Shown here: piece by piece, positions 53,056 through 59,909 of the stretch | How positions within the stretch are numbered: the stretch's first letter is position 1 | Layout: every line of letters starts with the position of its first letter | Origin: Vicinamibacterales bacterium | GTDB lineage: Bacteria > Acidobacteriota > Vicinamibacteria > Vicinamibacterales > UBA8438 | Reading direction: 5' to 3' | NCBI GenBank assembly: GCA_965237405.1 | Contig: OZ250139.1 | Location: forward strand, 1,562,820-1,626,819 | DNA length: 64,000 bases | Notes under the pieces: model-generated | Databases searched by the model: none | What the model saw: the letters and a program-made list of their open reading frames with translations, nothing else | What the model was told of the DNA's origin: nothing | Translations under genes and position numbers: made by a program

Positions 53056-54615
53056 ATGGCTCCTTCAATACTCCGTCGGTTGGCACTCGCCTGGATGGTC
53101 GCGTTACTGGTGGGGGCCGCTCCGCTCGCCCAGACGCCCGAACCTGCTCAAGACGACGTCAAGGCGCTCCGAATCCTTGCAAATGCCGGGGACGGGGAGG
53201 CGCAGTACCTCCTTGGCATGAGGTACTACCACGGCGAGGATGTACCGCAGGACCACGTCGAAGCGGCGGCGTGGTTTCGCCAATCCGCGGAGCAAGGGAA
53301 TGCGGACCCGCAGTACACCCTTGGCGTGATGTACGCCAACGGCGAGGGCGTACCGCAGGACTTCGGCGAAGCGGCGGCGTGGTTTCGCCAAGCCGCGGAG
53401 CAAGGGGATGCGGACGCGCAGTACTACCTTGGCGAGGCGTACCGCACCGGCCGGGGCATGCCGGAAGACGACGTCGAAGCGGCGGCGTGGTATCGCCAAG
53501 CCGCGGAGCAAGGGTTTGCGGCCGCGCAGTACACCCTTGGCGTGATGTACGCCAACGGCGAGGGCGTGCCGCAGGACTTCGGCGAAGCAGCGGCGTGGTA
53601 TCGCCAAGCCGCGGAGCAAGGGGATGCGGACGCGCAGTACACCCTTGGCGTGATGTACGCCACCGGCGAGGGCGTGCCGCAGGACTTCGGCGAAGCAGCG
53701 GCGTGGTATCGCCAAGCCGCGGAGCAAGGGGATGCGGACGCGCAGTACAACCTTGGCGTGGCGTACCGCACCGGCCGGGGCGTGCCGGAGGACGACGTCG
53801 AAGCGGCGGCGTGGTATCGCCAAGCCGCGGAGCAAGGGGATGCGGCCGCGCAGTACACCCTTGGCGTGATGTACGCCAACGGCGAGGGCGTGCCGCAGGA
53901 CTTCGGCGAAACGGCGGGGTGGTATCGCCAAGCCGCGGAGCAAGGGCATGCGGCCGCGCAGTACTACCTTGGCGTGGCGTACGCCAACGGCGAGGGCGTG
54001 CCGCAGGACTTCGGCGAAGCGGCGGCGTGGTATCGCCAAGCCGCGGAGCAAGGGGATGCGGACGCGCAGTACAACCTTGGCGTGATGTACGTCAACGGCG
54101 AGGGCGTGCCGCAGGACTTCGGCGAAGCGGCGGCGTGGTATCGCCAAGCCGCGGAGCAAGGCCATGCGGAGGCACAGAACAACCTTGGCGTGATGTACGC
54201 CACCGGCGAGGGCGTGCCGGAGGACTTCGTCGAAGCGGCGGCGTGGTATCGCCAAGCCGCGGAGCAAGGGGATGCGGACGCGCAGTACAACCTTGGCGTG
54301 GCGTACCGCACCGACCGGGGCGTGCCGGAGGACTTCGTCGAAGCGGCGGCGTGGTATCGCCAAGCCGCGGAGCAAGGGGATGCGGCCGCGCAGTACAGCC
54401 TTGGCGTGATGTACGTCAACGGCGAGGGCGTGCCGCAGGACTTCGGCGAAGCATACAAATGGTTCAACCTCGCGACGACCTATGCCGACGCGTCGCAACG
54501 AGAAGAGCACGCCGAGGCGCGTGACACCGTCGCCGAGCATCTCACCCCGGAGCAACGCGCCGAAGGCCAGAAGCTGGTGCGGGAGTGGATCGCCGCGCAC
54601 CCGCGTGAGCCGTAA
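53056..54615 (+). CDS. Secreted Sel1-like repeat protein (12 repeats)
   Basis: Signal peptide; 36-aa units AQYxLGVMYxxGEGVPQDxxEAAAWYRQAAEQG encoded by near-identical 108-bp repeats; ends AAHPREP* inside element copy 5. Confidence 0.95.
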   Translation: MAPSILRRLALAWMVALLVGAAPLAQTPEPAQDDVKALRILANAGDGEAQYLLGMRYYHGEDVPQDHVEAAAWFRQSAEQGNADPQYTLGVMYANGEGVPQDFGEAAAWFRQAAEQGDADAQYYLGEAYRTGRGMPEDDVEAAAWYRQAAEQGFAAAQYTLGVMYANGEGVPQDFGEAAAWYRQAAEQGDADAQYTLGVMYATGEGVPQDFGEAAAWYRQAAEQGDADAQYNLGVAYRTGRGVPEDDVEAAAWYRQAAEQGDAAAQYTLGVMYANGEGVPQDFGETAGWYRQAAEQGHAAAQYYLGVAYANGEGVPQDFGEAAAWYRQAAEQGDADAQYNLGVMYVNGEGVPQDFGEAAAWYRQAAEQGHAEAQNNLGVMYATGEGVPEDFVEAAAWYRQAAEQGDADAQYNLGVAYRTDRGVPEDFVEAAAWYRQAAEQGDAAAQYSLGVMYVNGEGVPQDFGEAYKWFNLATTYADASQREEHAEARDTVAEHLTPEQRAEGQKLVREWIAAHPREP

Positions 54616-54625
54616 CACCCGTCCC
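54592..54625 (+). repeat. Cassette-boundary element copy 5, cut by IS6
   Basis: GCCGCGCACCCGCGTGAGCCGTAACACCCGTCCC followed directly by the IS6 terminal repeat. Confidence 0.8.
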
Positions 54626-55432
54626 GGTATTGTCAGGTTGAAGGCGAAGGGATCAGAGTAGTGGGATGGACAGCGACGCCTCCAGCTACCACGGATATCG
54701 ATTCCCCGCCGCCATCATCGCCCACGCCGTCTGGCTCTACTTTCGGTTCAGCCTGAGTTTCCGGAATGTCGAAGACCTCCTCGCCCAGCGCGGGATCACG
54801 GTCACTTACGAGACCATTCGTCAATGGTGTCGAACATTCGGTTGTGCTTACGCCCGACGACTCCGGAAACGCCGTGGCCACCTCGGCGATACGTGGCATT
54901 TCGACGAACTGTTCGTGACGTTGCAAGGCCGCCGACAGTATCTGTGGCGCGCCGTCGATGAGGACGGCGACGTCCTCGACATCCTCGTGCAAGCGCGACG
55001 AAATCGGCGAGCCGCTGTCCGATTCTTCCGGAAGCTGCTGAAGCGCCAGGGATGTGTCCCGCGCCGGTTGGTCACGGACAAGCTGCGGAGCTACCCAGCA
55101 GCCCGCCGCATCGTGATGCCTTCTGTGGTCCACGTCACGGACCAGTACGCCAATAACCGCGCTGAAGTCTCGCATCAACCGACTCGACAGCGCGGACGCC
55201 AGATGCGCCGCTTCAAGTCGACCACCCATCTGCAACGCTTCGCGTCCGTCCACGGCGCCATACAGAATCTCTTCCGGGTCGGTCGACATTTGCTGCGGTC
55301 GGTGCATCACCGTTCGCTTCGCACGCGAGCGTTCGTCGAATGGGAGGCGGTGACGTGTGCCTGCTGACTGACGGCGGAGGCCCGGCTCGATCGGGGAGAA
55401 AAGAGCCCTTCTTCGATCAAGTTGACAGTGCC
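54626..55432 (+). mobile_element. IS6-family insertion sequence (807 bp)
   Basis: Terminal IRs GGTATTGTCAGGTTGA and TCAAGTTGACAGTGCC enclose the transposase; no target duplication seen. Confidence 0.88.
54666..55367 (+). CDS. IS6-family DDE transposase
   Basis: YHGYRFP..IIAHAVWLYFRFSLSFRNVEDLL, WHFDE, YLWRAVD, VTDK and NNRAEVSH. Confidence 0.95.
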   Translation: MDSDASSYHGYRFPAAIIAHAVWLYFRFSLSFRNVEDLLAQRGITVTYETIRQWCRTFGCAYARRLRKRRGHLGDTWHFDELFVTLQGRRQYLWRAVDEDGDVLDILVQARRNRRAAVRFFRKLLKRQGCVPRRLVTDKLRSYPAARRIVMPSVVHVTDQYANNRAEVSHQPTRQRGRQMRRFKSTTHLQRFASVHGAIQNLFRVGRHLLRSVHHRSLRTRAFVEWEAVTCAC

Positions 55433-55523
55433 CCGCGGCATACAATGCCCTCGATCTCAACCTGACAAGCCATGGCACTAGCAGTTGGCTCGCAACTCGT
55501 CGACCTTTCAAAAAGGCTTTAGC

Positions 55524-57530
55524 GTGGATCATCGTCCATGGCTCGTCTTTCTCGTCTGGTGCAGCGTCGTGACGCTGTCACCTGGCCAGGCCTGGGCTCA
55601 ATATGGCGCGACCGATGGCGAGTGGCGCAGCTACGGCGGTGACCTGGGCAGCACCAAGTACTCGCCGCTCGACCAGATCGACGCCGGCAACTTCAGCGAC
55701 CTGCGACCCGCATGGCGGTGGCAGTCGGCTGACGGGCTGCTCGATCTGGACGCGATCAGAGCGAAGCTACCGCGCCTGGGGGCTTCCCGCCTCCCGGGGC
55801 GCCAATTCGGAATCCGGATGTTCCAGGCTACGCCGCTGATGATTGACGGAGTGCTCTATATCTCGACGGCGCTGCACCAGGTGGCGGCGATCGACGCCGG
55901 AACCGGCGAGCCCCTCTGGGTCCACGATCCGGAGGCCTACCTCGCGGGCCTGCCGACTCACTTCTACAATTCGCGGGGTGTCGCGTACTGGGCCGACGGT
56001 GACGATGCACGGATCTTCTTCGGCACCAACGGGGGCTACTTGCTGGCCCTCAATGCTCGCACCGGAGAGCCAATTCGAGACTTCGGAGACGACGGACGCG
56101 TCGATCTCATGGAGGACATTCCGCGGGCCACCCGTGGTGAAACCAATCACAACGGGCGAACCCTGGTCGGGGTCGCCTCGCCGCCGATCGTGGTGCGCGA
56201 CGTCGTCGTCACGCCAACGATCATCTCCGATCGCGCGATCCGCAAGGAAGCGCCACCCGGGTGGCTGAAGGGCGTCGACGCTCGCACCGGCGAGGTCAAG
56301 TGGATATTCCGCACCGTGCCACAGGCGGACGATTTCGGCGTCGAGACCTGGCTAAACGAATCGTGGCGATACTCGGGGAATACCAACGTCTGGACGATGT
56401 TGAGCGCCGACAACGAGCTTGGGTACGTTTTCCTGCCGACCGGTGCCCCGACCGGCGACTACTACGGCGGCCACCGACCAGGTGACAACCTGTTCTCGCA
56501 GAGCGTCGTCGCCCTCGACATCGAAACCGGCCAGCGGATGTGGCACTTCCAGGCCGTCCACCATGGGGTCTGGGACTACGACTTTCCCGCCGCCCCGAAC
56601 CTCGTCGACATCGTGGTCGACGGTCGCCGCATCAAGGCGGTCGCTCAGGTCAGCAAGCAGGGCTTCACCTACGTCGTCGACCGACAGACCGGTGAACCGG
56701 TGTGGCCGATCGAGGAGCGTCCCGTCGAAACCGACACCAACCTCGAGGGTGAAGTCCTCTCTCCGACCCAGCCGTTCCCGACCAAGCCGCCGCCGTTCGA
56801 GTATCAGGGCGTCACCATCGACGATCTGGTCGACTTCACCCCCGAGATCCGGGCGATGGCCGTTGAGGCGGTGAAGGCGTTCCGACTCGGGCCGCTTTAC
56901 TCACCGCCGATGCTTAGCGTGGAGGGTGAATTGCAGGGAACCATTCAGCGCCCGCATGTCGGAGGTGGCGCAAGCTGGACCGGCGCCGCAGTCGATCCAG
57001 AAACCGGCATGCTTTATGTGCCATCGGAAAACCGATTCTCGGTAATCAAGTACTACACACCCGATCTGGCCCGAGGTGGGAACCTCCGGTTTACGATGCG
57101 CGGACTCGCGGCCGGGACCCAGCCCCAGATGCCTCAGGGGCTGCCGCTGCTGAAGCCGCCGTACTCACGAATGACGGCGATCGACCTGAACGAAGGCCAG
57201 CACGCTTGGATGCAGGCCAACGGCAACGGCGACCGGTACCGGAATCATCCGCTGCTGCGGGATCTCGACTTGTCCCCGCTGGGCGGAGAGGGACACGGGG
57301 GACCGGTTCTCACCAAGACACTGCTCGTGAGCGCGCTCTCGGCTGGCGGCCGCGACGGTGGTCCTCGGCTCGTGGCCCGCGACAAGACCACCGGTGAGAT
57401 CGTGGGGTCGGTCGATCTGCCGGCCGGCGCCATCGGCACGCCGATGACCTATCTGCACGAGGGCAAGCAGTACATCGCGCTGACGATCGGCGGCGACGTG
57501 CCCGAATTGATCGCGCTGGCGCTGCCATGA
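55524..57530 (+). CDS. PQQ-dependent dehydrogenase, glucose/quinate dehydrogenase-like
   Basis: Paralog of the 43168 gene: KYSPLDQI, WHFQAVHHGVWDYD and SPTQPFP; start placed at GTG 55524 (ORF track starts at 55485). Confidence 0.9.
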   Translation: MDHRPWLVFLVWCSVVTLSPGQAWAQYGATDGEWRSYGGDLGSTKYSPLDQIDAGNFSDLRPAWRWQSADGLLDLDAIRAKLPRLGASRLPGRQFGIRMFQATPLMIDGVLYISTALHQVAAIDAGTGEPLWVHDPEAYLAGLPTHFYNSRGVAYWADGDDARIFFGTNGGYLLALNARTGEPIRDFGDDGRVDLMEDIPRATRGETNHNGRTLVGVASPPIVVRDVVVTPTIISDRAIRKEAPPGWLKGVDARTGEVKWIFRTVPQADDFGVETWLNESWRYSGNTNVWTMLSADNELGYVFLPTGAPTGDYYGGHRPGDNLFSQSVVALDIETGQRMWHFQAVHHGVWDYDFPAAPNLVDIVVDGRRIKAVAQVSKQGFTYVVDRQTGEPVWPIEERPVETDTNLEGEVLSPTQPFPTKPPPFEYQGVTIDDLVDFTPEIRAMAVEAVKAFRLGPLYSPPMLSVEGELQGTIQRPHVGGGASWTGAAVDPETGMLYVPSENRFSVIKYYTPDLARGGNLRFTMRGLAAGTQPQMPQGLPLLKPPYSRMTAIDLNEGQHAWMQANGNGDRYRNHPLLRDLDLSPLGGEGHGGPVLTKTLLVSALSAGGRDGGPRLVARDKTTGEIVGSVDLPAGAIGTPMTYLHEGKQYIALTIGGDVPELIALALP

Positions 57531-57807
57531 ACCCCAGAGTTGGCGTTGGTACATCGACCCATTGAATTCACCAGCACTTCATACTCTTAGCTTTCGCATA
57601 CGATTCAGACACACACGGTAAAGAGTAAGCACGCAGTCTGTCTCCGGCACGAATCCTACTATTCAATCAAGAAGTTCGTGATTGTCCAATCGGCAGGATT
57701 CTCTCCAGAGCCCTTCGTTTCGCAATAAAAATTGGTTCATATGGTGGCTCCAAAGGCGTTCTGAGAATCAACGTAGGACACCACCACGGTACCTTAAAAG
57801 CGGAAGA

Positions 57808-57857
57808 CGGTTCAACGGGGACGGGGGTTACGGCTCACGCGGGTGCGCGGCGTCCCA
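57808..57857 (-). repeat. Cassette-boundary element copy 6 (minus strand) with Sel1-tail stub WDAAHPREP*
   Basis: Reverse complement TGGGACGCCGCGCACCCGCGTGAGCCGTAACCCCCGTCCCCGTTGAACCG. Confidence 0.85.
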
Positions 57858-57888
57858 TTAGCGGGTGCTTCAAGAGCCCTCGTTTGCG

Positions 57889-59109
57889 CTAGTTCCTCTT
57901 GCGCAGCTTCACCCGAGCGTGTTCGCTGTACGCCAGATACTTGTTCACTGCTTCCCGCTGGTCATCCGGCCAGGCGTCCGAGTCGGCAAGCTTCTTCAGT
58001 TTGCTCGATGAGAGCTGATCGACTTGGTCCCAGAGTCCGATCGACTTGAGGACACGCTCAAGCTCGAGCCGCGGTTCGCTCCCTGCTTTTGGCACGTCAA
58101 CCGATGTGGTAGTGGAGACAGTGGCGTAGTGTTCAGCACCGTAGATCGAGGCATTGCCGGTCTCGGCCGAGTACGCCGTCAGCTTCTCCCGTATCTCGTC
58201 AGCCCGTTCATCCATCTCACCTGTAATACGCTGCTTCTCGTCCCTCAGGCTCACGAGTTCATCCACCAGCGCTGACGCCTCGGAGGCGGTGATGACCGAG
58301 ACTAGTAGTGTCTCCTCCTGGTTCTCCATTTCGTAGAGGTTCGCGAACTCTGGGCACAGCGGACGGTATTCACACCAGTCGCAGAGCGCGCTGGTCTTCG
58401 TCGGTAGGTTCCTTCTCGCCACCGCAGCATCAACGGTCTCGATCAGACTCGCGGTCTGTTCGGCCATGTTCTGCAACTGTTCATCGGTCCGCTGCGACCA
58501 CACATCCTCGTCAAATCGCACGAAATGCCAGACCAGGTCGATCTTCTTCAGGTCGGGATAGCGCTGCTTGATTCCGAGCATGTAGAGCGCCAACTGCCGG
58601 TCATTCTTGGTTGCGTTCGGCGTAGGTAACTTGCCGCTGGTCTTGTAGTCGTGGATCACGAAGTGTTTATTGCCGACTTTCTCAAGACGGTCTATGTAAC
58701 CCATCACCTTCCCGCCACCGGGCAGGTCTATGAAGACCTTGCACTCCAGGTCGATGGTGATGCCCTGGTCGAACGGCTGATAGCGATCCCAGTACTGCTC
58801 GACCCACTTCTGTCCGTTCGACCGGTAGTGCTCGACCTCCAACTCTTGCTTGATGACGCGAATCTCGTCTTCCCATTTCGCTTCCCACAGCGCCTGGTAC
58901 TTCTGCACGAGTTCTTCCTTGGTCGCAACGCGGCCGTCGCGTGCCAACCTGTACAGCCATTCCAGAGCGTCGTGGACCCTGCTCCCCACAAATGCCTCGA
59001 TGGTGGTGCCGAGGGGTGCCTGGACTTGGTCCACATACCTCAACTTGTACTGGAACGGGCAGTTTTCGTAACTGGAAAGCCGGGAGTGCGAGTAGAGAGT
59101 CGAGGACAT
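57889..59109 (-). CDS. PD-(D/E)XK nuclease, Cas4/AddB/RecB-like, with a putative four-cysteine Fe-S staple
   Basis: SHSRLSSYENCP..Y, GSRVHDALE, GYIDRL, IHDYKT, QLALY and CDWCEYRPLCP. Confidence 0.9.
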   Translation of the reverse strand: MSSTLYSHSRLSSYENCPFQYKLRYVDQVQAPLGTTIEAFVGSRVHDALEWLYRLARDGRVATKEELVQKYQALWEAKWEDEIRVIKQELEVEHYRSNGQKWVEQYWDRYQPFDQGITIDLECKVFIDLPGGGKVMGYIDRLEKVGNKHFVIHDYKTSGKLPTPNATKNDRQLALYMLGIKQRYPDLKKIDLVWHFVRFDEDVWSQRTDEQLQNMAEQTASLIETVDAAVARRNLPTKTSALCDWCEYRPLCPEFANLYEMENQEETLLVSVITASEASALVDELVSLRDEKQRITGEMDERADEIREKLTAYSAETGNASIYGAEHYATVSTTTSVDVPKAGSEPRLELERVLKSIGLWDQVDQLSSSKLKKLADSDAWPDDQREAVNKYLAYSEHARVKLRKRN

Positions 59110-59183
59110 TAATTGCGATAGACTGGCTTCGTCTCATGCTCCCACTATGGTGGCGAGCGACCCGATCCTACCGCGGCGCACCG

Positions 59184-59226
59184 GGCGGTTCAACGGGGAC
59201 GGGGGTTAGTTACGTGGGTGGGCGGC
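59184..59226 (-). repeat. Cassette-boundary element copy 7 (minus strand), with -35 TTGAAC and -10 TAGGAT (59165-59170), 17-bp spacer
   Basis: Reverse complement GCCGCCCACCCACGTAACTAACCCCCGTCCCCGTTGAACCGCC; the promoter faces the PD-(D/E)XK gene. Confidence 0.85.
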
Positions 59227-59569
59227 GGCATACCTCGGTTGCAGCTACTGGACGGTCCGAGACTGGCTCCTGGCCGGTCACATCCCATCGGTCGACCTTC
59301 CGCCCATGCGGCCTCGAACCGGCGACAGGAAAAGGCTGCGCCTGCGAAGGGTACTGATCGACAAGTGTGATCTGGACGCCTTCATCGAGACAAGGAAAAC
59401 GGGAACGGGTAGTCCAGACACGGGAGGCGTGGAAGAAGGCGCGAAGGTTGTCGAAACCTCAGCGCCGGCAGAGCAGCGGGAAACGCTTAACAATATAGTC
59501 ATGTTCCTTGAGATGTGTGCCCAAGCTGTGCCTAGACATCCAGGCGAACTGTTTGTCTCCACGCCGTGA
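59222..59569 (+). pseudogene. 5'-truncated excisionase-type HTH gene
   Basis: Frame reads AAAYLGCSYWTVRDWLLAGHIP...RRVLIDKCDLDAFIE; in-frame stop at 59207 inside element copy 7 and no start codon before the HTH. Confidence 0.7.
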
Positions 59570-59619
59570 CATGGAACACTTGATAACATAAATAGGTCTA
59601 TTTATTATCTGCATGTCAC

Positions 59620-59805
59620 ATGAGCCCCAGAAAGCTCTACAACTTTCTGATCGATTCGGACCTCGCTGTGGGGTTGAAGACCGTCAAGGCCCGCGACGGA
59701 ATCTCGGAGAGCGAGCAAGTCCTGAGGGCGATCAGGGACTGGCTGAGCAAGAAGGGGGTCATGAAAACGGGACGCACGCGGGTGGTACCCCGCGCGCGCC
59801 CCTAA
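59620..59805 (+). CDS. Ribbon-helix-helix (CopG-like) regulator
   Basis: KLYNFLID strand followed by helices ...GISESEQVLRAIRDWL; directly upstream of the integrase. Confidence 0.7.
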   Translation: MSPRKLYNFLIDSDLAVGLKTVKARDGISESEQVLRAIRDWLSKKGVMKTGRTRVVPRARP

Positions 59806-59909
59806 ACCCGTCAGCAGCGTGCACTGCCGACGAGCCTGCCGCGTATTTCTCACACACGCAGACTCGCCGGCCTCACCCGGCACCGAACGGCACCAGGGGG
59901 GCAACCGTA

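Noticed and set aside
53190-54475. DGR-style adenine mutagenesis in Sel1 repeats (variable NNC codons)
   Set aside because: No reverse transcriptase or non-coding template repeat is in the window; GC3 bias plus recombination explains the pattern.
53104-54618. Long alternative-frame and antisense ORFs (504 aa, 417 aa) over the Sel1 gene
   Set aside because: Stop-free shadow frames caused by a GC-rich 108-bp repeat.
55422-55446. Hybrid promoter from TTGACA (IS6 end) plus TACAAT
   Set aside because: The spacer is only 13 bp, too short for sigma70.
54633-55532. 299-aa antisense ORF across IS6
   Set aside because: Shadow of the transposase; no independent motifs.
51671-59226. Boundary repeats read as a CRISPR array, with the Cas4-like gene as cas
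   Set aside because: Intervals are gene-sized and irregular, orientation flips, and no cas1/cas2 is present.
59613-59909. N-terminal extension of the integrase ORF from 59613
   Set aside because: It overlaps the RHH gene in another frame; integrase-like sequence begins at ATG 59910.
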